Source: Octopus sinensis
Lineage: Eukaryota
DNA length: 64,000 nt
NCBI RefSeq assembly: GCF_006345805.1
Contig: NC_042999.1
Span: 120,280,001 to 120,344,000 of the forward strand
Direction: 5' to 3'
Shown here: piece by piece, positions 10,228 to 23,339 of the stretch
Numbering within the stretch: the first letter of the stretch is position 1
Layout: each line of letters begins with the position of its first letter
The notes under the pieces: model-generated
What the model was told of the DNA's origin: nothing
Database searches by the model: none
Seen by the model: the letters and a program-made list of their open reading frames with translations, nothing else
Program-made: the position numbers and the translations under genes

Positions 10228-11405
10228 ATGTATGTATGTATGTATGTATGTGTGTGTGTACGTATGTATGTGTATGCATGCATATATATATATGTGTGTG
10301 TGTGTGAGTGTGCATACGTGTGCATATTTATACATAATGTTCCAATGTTGTTGCTTGCCTAACAGTTTCTTTGTACTTTTCACAAACCATCAGCAGTTCA
10401 GAATAATATCAAAAATAAACAAACCATTTATACAGGTGAAACCAATGAAGTACATAAAGTAATATCGTACATATAGGGAAAAATTGCTTTAAAACTATTC
10501 TAAAGGGATACGAAAACCACTAATTCTGTTATCTCAAATGAGCTAAACAGTCGTTAGACTTTATTTGTCAAACGAAAGTCTCTAATACACTCTTATTTTG
10601 TTCAATATCAATCTTTTGTAGATTTATGAAAAATACCTCTTTAAATATGATTATATTTTTGATGTTAACTTATTTTTTCACGTTTCATAAAATGTGAGAA
10701 CAATTTTAAAAATTTGATGTAAGGCCACTTTGCATTCTATAATTTTATAGTGGTGAGGGAACTTTGTCTCCCTTGCCAGTCGTTAGAAAAGTGCTCTTAC
10801 GTGGCTAAGTATTGTTTTGACTTATATTTTTAGCCATGCTGGTGCTTACTAGCACCTACGTCACTTTTCCAACAGTACTCGAATGTATTTTCCGTTTTAC
10901 AATTCATCTCAATTTCATAAATATAGATTAAGGGAAGAGATGTAATTGACTTCATACGTCTTCGTTCCTAACGAGGCCACATTGCCTAAATGATATTTCT
11001 CAGAGAATTCAGTTCTGCGGTCGGTAGAAATATTTACTTTTATGCCTTCTGTATTAAATTCTGAACTCTACGTCAATCACTCACTAGAGAAGCTCTGAAT
11101 GCCCTCTTAAAGTGAACAAGATGCATTATCGTAAATATAGAAGCAATTTTTTCTGCTTATCAGTTCTCAGGACTGAGAATTGCCTTCTTTATCAGTTCTG
11201 AGAGTATTATCGAAAACTATTTAAAAACAAAAAAGGCCAGTGCATTTAGTGCCTTTGATCGAAATCAGAAATTGCACTAAAATCAGAATTTGTTTTCTAG
11301 TAAAAGAAGGAACTTTTGAAAATCTACTCTGATTTTTATCTTTCATCTTTTATTGTTTTTTAGTCATTCGTTTAAAGCCTGGCACATTCTCTTTTTTTTC
11401 TTTTT

Positions 11406-11785
11406 CTACTTGTTTCAGTCATTTGACTGCGGCCATGCTGGAGCACCGCCTTTAGTCGAGCAAATCGACCCCGGGATTTTATTCTTTGTAAGCCCAGTAC
11501 TTATTCTATCGGTCTCTTTTGCCGAACCGCTAAGTGACGGGGACGTAAACACACCAGCATCGGTTGTCAAGCAATGCTAGGGGAACAAACCCAGACACAC
11601 AAACACATACACACACATACATATATATACGACAGGCTTCTTTCAGTTTCCGTCTACCAAATCCACTCACAAGGCATTGGTCGGCCCGGGGCTATAGCAG
11701 AAGACACTTGCCCAAGATGCCACGCAGTGGGACTGAACCCGGAACCATGTGGTTGGTTAGCAAGCTACTTACCACACAGCCACTC
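11406..11785 (-). mobile_element. tRNA-derived SINE (family A), full length with internal microsatellite
   Basis: Minus strand has an A box (tggctgtgtggt) and a B-box-like ggttcagtccc; shared body with the other family A copies. Confidence 0.85.
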
Positions 11786-11868
11786 ATCTAACTGCTAAGT
11801 TACGTACATTTAAACAATCAACACCAGTTGTCAAGCAGAGGTGCAGGTCACACACACACACACACATG

Positions 11869-11936
<68 letters not shown>

Positions 11937-12581
11937 TGCGTATATGCATATATTTATATATTATTTTTATTATAATATGACCGAACGCCACACATCCTTT
12001 TCCAAGTAAGCTTTATCTTAATAATTATGATGCGCACTCTTCTGTACTATTTCTTCTCTGTCTATCTCTCTTCCTCTCTTGTTCTTCACCCTTTCTGTTT
12101 TTCTCTCCCACCCTTCCCTATTCTTCTTCTCTCCCTTCACCGTTCCCTCTCTTTTACTCCTCCTCCTCCTCCTCATCCTCGGCTCTCTTGTCACTGTCAC
12201 ATGATCAGAGGGAAGCCATCTTTCCAACTGCTATCTTCCCAAAGACAAGACCACTTATCCTGTCTCTCTCATAAGTTGTCTCCTCAATAATTTTCCCATC
12301 GTCTTGGCTTAATAGCCCGATCCCAAACTTTACTTAATTTGTTTTACGGGAATGACTGTTTCAACGAAGTCGTGTCTTGTCCTTACCTTCGGAACGTGGT
12401 GTAGACAAAACAGGGACAACTGAAGAAGGGGAATGTTCCTTGTGTTGTATGTCTTGTACTCTGTTTTTTTCGTTGTATGAAATAAAGTTCATTTCCATGT
12501 TTTTGTTTTTGTTTTCGTTTCTCATTATGTTCAATGTTTTTTTTTATATCCTGTATCTATATATGCATGTATATATATATA

Positions 12582-12630
<49 letters not shown>

Positions 12631-12707
12631 CATATATGTATGTATATATGCATATATTTATATATTATTTTTATCATATATATATACATATACATATATA
12701 TATACAT

Positions 12708-12864
12708 ACGACGGACTTCTTTCAGTTTCCGCTTACCAAATCTTCTCACAAGGAGTTGGTGGACCCGTGGCCATAGTAGAAAGCAGTTGCTCAAGATGCC
12801 ACAGAGTGGAACTAAACCTGGAATCATGTGGTTGAGAAGCAAGCTTCTTATCCCACACCACGCC
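12708..12864 (-). mobile_element. SINE family A, 5' part
   Basis: Homologous to 11630-11785. Confidence 0.8.
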
Positions 12865-15800
12865 GGATCAAATGTTCTTAAGGACAAAACAAGATGGTTA
12901 TAGGTGATATGTGTCTTTGATTGTTAGTCTGCACGATTCAGGCTGACCTGCCGCTAAAACACAAGAGGTACCATAAAAATAATTGGAGAGAGAGTAACTG
13001 TTGACCTAGAAGTTACTGAGAAATATTTAAAACTGTAATCGTCTGATTACATAAAAATGTAAGAATAGTTTAAGTTATATTTTCAAAATTCTAGACTGCC
13101 TGACTTTAAATTCTATCCCAGGAAACTAAATCATACTGAGATAAAAAAAAAAAAATCGGTGGTCTTGTTTGAAAGAAGCATAATGCCAGGCTCATATATG
13201 AACTAAATGCCAGTTCTGATGAGTAACATACGGAAAGGGACTAAATAGATGTTGAATGTGGTTCCTCTGGCAGAAGTTGAAATGCATACATACAAATAAA
13301 GTAATTCAATGCTTAGCTTTGTGCAATAAGATTTGCTACATGTTCCTTATGTCCTTGTTTGCAAGTTGATATTATGTGTATGGTGGGAGAGAGTCTGTGT
13401 GTGTGCGTGAGTGAGTGTGTGATTCTATGGCTGTGTCTGTGTACGTGTACATTATATACGCACATATACATTCAGGTTAATATCTACATGTAAGTGTAGA
13501 TGTGTGTATGTAGGTGTGCGTATATGTGTGCTAAGCATACGTAGATTATGTTTCAGTTTATTGCCTTTTTTTGCAGCCATAATTTTACCGATAAAGAAAG
13601 CCTAATTAAAGATTCTTATGAGAAATGTGTATAATTCTCAGAATAATTAATATTGTTAGAAGATAAAAGATAAGATTAATTAAATTGAATTAACTGAAAT
13701 AAACTCCATGCAAAATAGATCAACATCGTAAATCATACTTAACTGAAAGTATATCAAAATTACCTCTTGAGGATATTGATTTTCTGTGCAACTTAGATTA
13801 TATATCCTAATACAATAAAATATTTGACAATAAGGAAAATTATCCTTAGAGATTTTATATTTAAACGTTATTCAATTTATCTAAATCTCCAAACTATATG
13901 CATGATAACATTTCTTGCTCTATCTAATGCATTCCTCTCTGTGTGGAAAGGAAATAAATAACCTTGTAAGTTATGCTTATTCAAAATCCAACTAAATCAA
14001 AGGGATTTGTATAAATGAGTGAAACCAAATTTCGTCTGGAGAATTGTTCACTTAGAACTGAGATTCGTTTAATAAATATGTCACACATGTGTTTAATTTT
14101 TTTAATATTCCATTTGATAATTATGAATTACACTTTCTTAAATATGTTTCATTTCGTATAGATGAAACATCTTTTGCTTTGAAGGCGAGTTAAATTACGA
14201 ATTATAATCGTAACATCCACGTTTGTTTCATTAGATTGCTATATAAATACATCAAATTGCAATTAGCTACACTTCATCCTTAATAAAGGAATAAATAATT
14301 TTTGTGAGCTGCATTTATTTCGAAATAGTTGACATTTATATAACTCAGTATATTCTAAGACTGTTTTACATTACATTTTAAAGAGTTTAAAATGTTGTAT
14401 AGCAGTAATAATAATTCGATTTTACAAAATTGTAAGCATTTAGTTAAGCTGTAAGCCCACTTGGTTGAAGAGAGATTATTTTAATTTTCACTCTTTTTTA
14501 TCGGTTACAACCATTTACCACACGCATTACTTCTCTTTTCGAAGCTTTTCCATGAAGCCTATAGAAATCCCTTAATTTCTGCATATAATCTCTACATTTT
14601 ATACTTCTACTAGTCGAAATATTTGGAGAATGTTTATATATTTCTCTTCCCAAATGGAAGCAACACAGCAACGTATCCTGTTCATCTGTATCGCAATCTA
14701 GATAACATTTATTACACAGTAGAATGTAAATATCTATGTTTTTTATGTCTATTATTGATTGAGTATAACGAAAGTTTGGGATCTGTAGAGCAACGGCTAC
14801 CTAAATAAACAGATATTTCTTGATTCACGATTGAAAATCCTATAGACAGCAAATCGTTTCCAGAGACACATAACTATTTGTGTTTCGATTAAACTAATCT
14901 TTATCATCAGCAAACTATAATTGATCATTAATTCTACAAAATTGATTATTTGATAATGTTTATTTAATTATTAGCTATCTTCAATTACTTTTATCTTTTA
15001 TCACTAATTTCTTCTTTTGTTATACAATTCGCTAAATTAAGTCAATACACTTATATTTGGTCATAGTATTATAAATTTATTCACACTTTCGAAAAGTTTC
15101 GATGTCAAATATTTACATCTAATACAAATTATGTTATTTAGGTAACCAATAAACTACAATATTTACATGGAGAGAAATACAATGTGAATGGGTCAAACAA
15201 CTTACGCATTTCATCAGACTGTAAGGTTTATACAATATACAGAAAAATAGCTGTACATTTGAAGGATCAATATTGAGGCTGCAGTTCATATCCATATATA
15301 GCATGGGTACAGTGTTTCCGGAGCCAAGGTTAGTTAAATGTAAAGGAATTTAATTATCTACGACAAATTCCATTTAGTTATAGCTAAGTAGCTCTTGCTG
15401 AGACGTTTCATAAGTGTAAACATTGCACCACTTTACAATTGATAAAATATTCGCTGCCTCTACTTGCATTAGAACCCATCTGTTGGTTGGATTTACAACC
15501 AAATAATAATAGACTATGTGCATGTTAATTAAAGGGATTGGTTGCAAATGATCACTTATCACATTTACCTTTTAATCAAAGCAAAGCATGCGAATTAAAG
15601 GAGGAGAAATGAGAGAATACAATGCATATTAAACGAATTTTAAATTATTAATTATAATTTCATTTAAAAGTATATTTTCCGTCTGAGATGTCACTTCAAC
15701 CAAGGCAGCATTTAACTCTGTTATTTTATAAATAATATTCTCGACTTGCCATTAGGCATAGTTCAATTTGACCTCAAATGCATGCTATTAATAAACTTAG

Positions 15801-16500
15801 TTTTCTATATTAAGAGCATTCTTCAAAGAGTATAACTGTAATTCCATCAGCAAGATTTAAACGATTATCACTTTCTAAATTGCTGTGCATTTCTTTAGCA
15901 AAATGTTAACACTTAAAAGCTTTGGAGGAATTTATGCTTCCATTTTCAGTTTGTGCTCTGGTTCAAGCGCCATTTGCTTCTGGTAAATATTCTCAAAATA
16001 TGAACATGATAAATCAATTTTTAAATAAACTTTGTTTTCTATTGTAGTTATACGTAATGCCAACGTTTACATAATCAACATTGATCATCCAAATATTTAA
16101 AATATTTCCTATAAAAGTGAGATAAAATTATTTTTCCTAATTCGAAATCTTTCAGATATTTACTAAAAATTAAATATTGTTTTCATTCCTCAAATGGGAA
16201 AATGTGTGACGAATACCACAAGTATTTTATCGCTTCTTATAATTAAAATGTTAATACAAGTAATTACAAGACGAATATAATTCATTAATTTGAATATGAA
16301 AGCACACAAACATTTAAGACCATATATGTGTATGTGTAACAGAGAGTGCGAGTTCGTAAAGAGAAAGAAGGAAACATCTGTAGAGGGGAGTAAATATAAT
16401 TAGTTGCGTTACAGTTAGGAATGGTAAGATTCGCTCTCAATATTCTAACATGAATTGGTATGAGAGCTGGAAAGTAGCAAAGGAGCTTTTAAACAAATTT

Positions 16501-16627
16501 ATAGGCGTGGCTGTGTGGTAAGAAGTTTGCTTCCCAACGATTTCCAAGTAAAAGTGTCTTCTGGTATAGCCATGGGTTGTCGAAAGCTTTGTGAATGTAT
16601 TTGTGGACGGAACCTGAAAAGAAGCCC
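16501..16627 (+). mobile_element. SINE family A, 5' part
   Basis: ggcgtggctgtgtggtaagaagtttgcttcccaac...gaaagaagccc. Confidence 0.8.
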
Positions 16628-16647
16628 ATTTCTCTCTTTCCCTCCCT

Positions 16648-16690
<43 letters not shown>

Positions 16691-16711
16691 TATATATATA
16701 TATATATATAT

Positions 16712-18498
16712 AATTAGAGAGTCATCCACTATGTGGATAACTCTAGTGCTAAAAATAGCTCCGAAGCAACCACAGAAGATCCGTTTCCAACTAGAATCAA
16801 CACACATCTAACTGAAGGAAAGTGAAATACAACGAATAAAATAGATTGACTCTATACAATTGTTTCATTACTAATGCAATATGTAGTTTTACTTACACTT
16901 GCATCTATAAATCTTCGGTAGAGTTTGTCAGAAATGCAATTAATTAGATCGATTCGGGCGTCAAAAACACGAGCGGTCCAACCAATTACATTTTTAGTTA
17001 TGTCTCAAATTCCGCGCCAAAAGCATGCCTAGACCCCATTGGAAACGTATGCCGCATCAAATAAAATATTGACTGCCGCGTAGTTAAATTTATAAAATTA
17101 TAAATGAGGGTGAAAAATCGATATTAATTTAATAATACCGTCAATTTAACACCAAGTGGCTTAGCACAAAAAACTACGGAGGAAATACAAATTTATACAT
17201 AAATTATTAGAGAGTCATCCACTATGTGGATAACTCTAGTGCTAAAAATAGCTCCGAAGCAACCACAGAAGATCCGTTTCCAACTAGAATCAACACACAT
17301 CTAACTGAAGGAAAGTGAAATACAACGAATAAAATAGATTGACTCTATACAATTGTTTCATTACTAATGCAATATGTAGTTTTACTTACACTTGCATCTA
17401 TAAATCTTCGGTAGAGTTTGTCAGAAATGCAATTAATTAGATCGATTCGGGCGTCAAAAACACTGACGGTATTATTAAATTAATATCGATGTTTCACCCT
17501 CATTTATAATTTTATAAATTTAACTACGCGGCAGTCAATATTTTATTTGATGCGGCATACGTTTCCAATGGAGTCTAGGCATGCTTTTGGCGCGGAATTT
17601 GAGACATAACTAAAAATGTAATTGGTTGGACCGCTCGTGTTTTTGACGCCCGAATCGATCTAATTAATTGCATTTCTGACAAACTCTACCGAAGATTTAT
17701 AGATGCAAGTGTAAGTAAAACTACATATTGCATTAGTAATGAAACAATTGTATAGAGTCAATCTATTTTATTCGTTGTATTTCACTTTCCTTCAGTTAGA
17801 TGTGTGTTGATTCTAGTTGGAAACGGATCTTCTGTGGTTGCTTCGGAGCTATTTTTAGCACTAGAGTTATCCACATAGTGGATGACTCTCTAATAATTTA
17901 TGTATAAATTTGTATTTCCTCCGTAGTTTTTTGTGCTAAGCCACTTGGTGTTAAATTGACGGTATTATTAAATTAATATCGATGTTTCACCCTCATTTAT
18001 AATTTTATAAATTTAACTACGCGGCAGTCAATATTTTATTTGATGCGGCATACGTTTCCAATGGAGTCTAGGCATGCTTTTGGCGCGGAATTTGAGACAT
18101 AACTAAAAATGTAATTGGTTGGACCGCTCGTGTTTTTGACGCCCGAATCGATCTAATTAATTGCATTTCTGACAAACTCTACCGAAGATTTATAGATGCA
18201 AGTGTAAGTAAAACTACATATTGCATTAGTAATGAAACAATTGTATAGAGTCAATCTATTTTATTCGTTGTATTTCACTTTCCTTCAGTTAGATGTGTGT
18301 TGATTCTAGTTGGAAACGGATCTTCTGTGGTTGCTTCGGAGCTATTTTTAGCACTAGAGTTATCCACATAGTGGATGACTCTCTAATAATTTATGTATAA
18401 ATTTGTATTTCCTCCGTAGTTTTTTGTGCTAAGCCACTTGGTGTTAAATTGACGGTATTATTAAATTAATATCGATTTTTCACCCTCATTTATAATTT

Positions 18499-18500
<2 letters not shown>
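16712..18500. repeat. 493-bp unit array: ~1.5 units forward, then ~2.1 units inverted, flanked by (TA)n
   Basis: Period 493 measured at 16713/17206 and at 17464/17957/18450; copies are nearly identical. Confidence 0.92.
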
Positions 18501-18531
<31 letters not shown>

Positions 18532-18541
18532 TATAGAAAGG

Positions 18542-18607
<66 letters not shown>

Positions 18608-18751
18608 TATATAGAGTGTATATATATCAAACTTATTAATATGTGATGATTTATATATTTATTGAAGAAATATCTCTTCAAAATATAATATATGAAACCA
18701 GAGTATCTTGGATAAAACTATCCCTATAAGAGGTTTAAATATCCTGATAGT

Positions 18752-18784
<33 letters not shown>

Positions 18785-19031
18785 TGAGTGTCTGCGTATG
18801 TGTGTGTGTGTGTGTGTGTGTATAAATGTAAGATCCAAGAATCAAGGTGTAGGAAGATAGTAAGCTTCGAGCAGCCCGTAGAAGGTATAAAAAACAAATT
18901 TCAGGAACACTAGTGGTTTATTGACGTAGAAGGTTGTACATTTTCCCCCTTTCGAAGTTTTGAGCTGAAAAAATTGTTTTATAATTTACGCTTAGCAGCA
19001 GAGATTGCTCTGTGCACGAATAGAAATTCAA

Positions 19032-19360
19032 AAATTAGGGAATTGATTAGATAAAATCCAGGTTACATAAGTTTCATAGCTAGCAGAACTTCGGAAGTAG
19101 TATTTATCCAAACGAGGAGTAATCCGCTAGGTACCCGTCGGGCAAAAGATATATTAATCAGAAGTTTACATTGTTATCAAGGGATCCCATGTTGACTTGC
19201 AGGAGATTCGATTGAAAATGCAAACTTCTTTTGATTAAGGTACCTTTGACCGGAAGAGTAGCCAGCGGATTACCCCTCGTTTGGATAATTACCACTTCCG
19301 AGGTTCTACTAACTATGAAACATATGTAGCTTGGATTTTATCAACTCTTATCCCTAATTT
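19032..19360. repeat. Long imperfect palindrome (MITE-like), ~135-bp arms
   Basis: 19032-19167 is the diverged reverse complement of 19222-19360. Confidence 0.8.
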
Positions 19361-19369
19361 ATATATATA

Positions 19370-19424
<55 letters not shown>

Positions 19425-19727
19425 TTGCAAGATTTGTGATGTGAAATCGTGTTGAAACAGTTATTGTTGTATTTAGGAATAGTCATGTTGCCAGTTTAGC
19501 CAATAAAAACACACGCACTATATATTTGGTGTTAATTTGCTTCAGCTTTATAGATTTTTTACATTAATCTTAATCTTATTTCGGCCAGAGTTCTGTCGTC
19601 ACACTTCTGTGACCTCATCAGTGGTCCTTTGCTTTCTTTTTTCTTATTTGTGTGTCTGTCCTTACTAACTTGTATGTATGTATGTATATATACATATACA
19701 TATAATTATATATATAGAAAACAAAAG

Positions 19728-20621
19728 CAGGGTGTGATGAGTAAATTGTCACCATTTAAATTTTTTTATTTCACGCATGCGCATTGTTTCATTTTTATTT
19801 TATCGTCGACTACACAGTATAGTAATAGTCTGTTTAGCACCATCTGTGACAAAAACAGCAGCATGATGCAATTCACTCTATCAGAAAATTGGAAACAACA
19901 TGCTGTACTGCTTGACATTCGCACCGGAAGCTCTAATACCAAGAGTTCAGTGTGTTTAGGTGTGAATCTGAGGACTGGGCTGTGCAATCTGAGGACATGT
20001 ACCGAGAGTGATAAAAATTAAACATCCAGTGAACATGAAGGTGTTGGTAGTGATCACTAATGATGGTGACGTTATGCCTCTATTCACCTTCTCGTATGGG
20101 CTCAAACTCAACACCGTGGCTACATCAAATGCCTGAAGGAAATAGAACTGTCTTGGCTCAAGAGAATGGTTGCTAGAAGACACTATGCCTCGTAACAAGT
20201 CTCTGCACCATAACACACAAACTGGAGGACCCTGTCATGGCTGTCAGAAAAATTCTGCGACCTTATCACCCCTAACATCTGACTACCTAACTCCCCAGAC
20301 TGCAACCAACTTCATTGCCATATGTGGGACGCAGTTGAGCGAGAGACCAACATAGTTCTTTGTAACACCAAAGATGAAATGAGGGAAAGGATTATGGTAA
20401 CATTCACCAACTTAAACAAGGATGTCGTCCAGGAGAGTTGCAGATTCCGAAGTCGTCTGGGGGCCGTGGCTGAAGCCAATGCCGATTTTATTGAATAAAT
20501 TTATTTTTTAGTATTTCAAGATATCTTAAAGTAAGTTTGGTAAATATATCTGTTAAAATGAGACTTCAGTGTTATTTTCATTTATGCGTAATTTAGACGA
20601 CAGTTTATTCACCGCACCTTG
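19728..20621 (+). mobile_element. Decayed Tc1/mariner (maT/DD37D-like) transposon
   Basis: Degenerate TIRs (cagggtgtgatgagtaaattgtc vs reverse complement caaggtgcggtgaataaactgtc); remnants VITNDGDVMPLF, QVSAP (QQDSAP-like) and PNSPDCNQL...MW. Confidence 0.7.
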
Positions 20622-22814
20622 TATGTGTGTGTGTGTCTTCGTGCGTATGTATGTGTTGTGTGTGTGTGTTTGTCTATGTGTCTGTCTGTATGTATGTATG
20701 TATTCATGTATGTATGTATCTAAATGTATAAATGGAGAGAAAGAGAGAGAGTGAGAGAGAGAGTAGCGACGCAATTTAAGTAGCATTAAATAAAAGTCAC
20801 CATCTGCTTATCTTACTATCAGAAATCACCTCGCTTGATTACACGATGCTGTGGATTTCTCTGAGATAAATTCTTTTTATGGAATTGTTTGTTTAAAATA
20901 CAACTTAACTCTGGAAAAGACGTGTCCCATCGCTTTAGTAGATCACGAAATTAGTAGACGCACTTCGGTTTTCTTGAGATTTTGGAATGCCCTGTGTCCG
21001 AGTGTCACCTGCCTAAACTGGATATATTGCTACCTAACTTTCACTGCTTGTTCCATTTCTCCTTCTTTTGCAATTCCACGAATATTCCATTACATTTTCC
21101 CTAGGAGGTAAACTTCCTAGCACTAACAAATTTATACCTTCTTTCGGAAACAAGACTTGTGTTTAAGCGTAAATGTTCAGTGGAGATTATTAAAACAGTT
21201 TTATTTGAATTCGTCTTGCTCCTCGCGGAGTACTGAGAATTCTTCACACAATATTGTCGCAAGCTCTGCAATGAGCTACATATTCTACAATGACCTACAA
21301 TGACCTACATATTCTAGGTCTTACTCTACAGACCCATATATTCTAGATCTTCCTCCATTGTTCTCACCCAGCTCTACCATGGACTGACACATCTTACACC
21401 AATTCATGAATTCGTGAAAGACTATCACTGTACATTTGTATGCGTAGCAGGGAACCCAGCATCTTTCGCAGTTTGCTGGTATCACGTAGGTTATTCAATA
21501 CTACCTTACCTATTACTTCTTCATTCGTAATATGGCTTTTCTGATTCTTAGTAATGCAATATCCATGGAGATCATCCCCTTCTTCCTAGTAAATTGTAAA
21601 ATATCTATCAAAGAAGAAAATTGGGATTTTCTTTTTTAGTGTTGTATCTCTGCAGAGCTTATTCATTTCGGAAATATGATTCATAAATTGTATAAAATAT
21701 ATTAGGAGAGATTTCTGGAACATAGAATGCATAAGAAATATGACACATAAATATATAACGGGATCACTTTTGTCCATTGGTATTATCTTCACACTTAACA
21801 TACGCAAATGCAGCTCTGAAATCAATATTTTGTTATACTTAAGTTTTATGCATCTACTCTGATACATAAAGACTATTTCAGTAGATGTCCCTCCGAGAAT
21901 GTACTTCCTAAAGTCAATGAACAAACGGGCATATGCGCATCTAGTCAATTTATTTATTGAGCTTTATTATGCACCGAGGTTAAGGGATATTTTACAGCAG
22001 CAAATTTTCATAAACATTTGCTTCCTTTTCCCACTGTAAACTTCAGTTTTGTGACTTTTATAACTTTCACAAGAATTTTCTGAAACTTTTATGAATTTAT
22101 TTTACTCTGTTATTTATAGTGGAAATATATTTCCAATAGTTTGTGTAAGTAAAGGTCGAATTCAGTCGTATACTGGAGTCTATTTTTTATAGAATTTCTG
22201 AATGGTTTACGAAAAAATCATTCTAAATATTTAATTTCGGTCACTATTCAACTCTTTTCTAGTTAAATTACTTATATTGAATTATATATCATAATCGTGC
22301 AAGAAACACATCAATATTATATTTCGCAAACTTCAACAACAAACTAAATTATTACTTTAAAAGTAAATGATATTGGTGAAAACCATAACCAATCGATTTC
22401 ATGACATTTACGGTAACATTTCTTGGTCATTGAAAGTTATATGCCGCAAGAAACATACAGCAATCTGTTCAATAGAATTTTCTCCCTCTATGGCGTAATA
22501 ATTCATTCTATTCTGTGAAGTTTTTTCCAAATGAAGTTCGTCGACAGAACACAATTAATATCCTAGGTTATAACAATTACATACTCGTTAAATATCATTG
22601 ATTAACTCTCACGTCTTTTGATATCTTAAGGAAACATTGTACGAAATTCTGATTATTATTTTTCAACAACTTTATATATTGCTCTTAATTTTCTTTCAAC
22701 GATCAGGATTAATGTCTCCAGATTTGCTATGGCTATTGTTGGTCTCTCGTAAGACACGAAATATCACTTCTTGCAATTCTTCTCCTTTTGCTTGTTATTA
22801 TTTCTATATTCTTA

Positions 22815-22985
22815 AGGCGGTGGGCTGGCAGAATCGGCATTTTATCCGTCTTCATGTTCTGAGTTCAAATACCTCCTGGATCGACTTTACCATTCATCCT
22901 TCCGAGGTCGATAAATTAAATACTAGTAAAACACTTAGGTGGATGTAATCAACTAGCCCCCTTACCCAAATTTCAAGTCTTGGTT
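22815..22985 (+). mobile_element. tRNA-derived SINE (family B)
   Basis: ggcggtgggctggcagaatc...gttctgagttcaaat...gaggtcgataaattaa; homologous to the copies at 26925, 37640 and 53600. Confidence 0.75.
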
Positions 22986-23009
22986 TCATTTTGTTGTTTA
23001 CATACACAT

Positions 23010-23330
23010 GTGGGCTACTGCTGTTCTTTAATATTTTGGCCTGGTACTTTCTTTTAGGTAGTCATTGACCTTGGGCTGCTATGATAAATCCTTCTGTTTC
23101 TGATGTTAAGCCCGAAGATACTAACTACTGATGTGTAAGGGCAATGTCAACATCAGCAACATTGGGTATCTGGCATTGAGAGGTTTTTCTTACCATTTGT
23201 CAGTATGACTATCTAAGGCAGGGTTTTCATACGCTTAGATTTTCCTGTGCTTGTTTCCAGTACGCCTAATTGTAGAATTTATTGTATTCGGAATTCACTT
23301 AGATATTCCTTTGCCTGTTTTCTTACTGAG
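23010..23330 (-). mobile_element. R4/Dong-like LINE fragment
   Basis: W*EKPLN...SSGLTSETEGFIIAAQGQ*LP parallels WQEKPLH...SSELKAETGGFLIVVHDQSLP in ORF 39071-39886. Confidence 0.6.
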
Positions 23331-23339
23331 TATGATGCT

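Noticed and set aside
19570-19628. Hammerhead-like CTGATGA...GAAA on the minus strand
   Set aside because: Stem II can form, but I found no stem I partner or convincing stem III; at best a decayed remnant.
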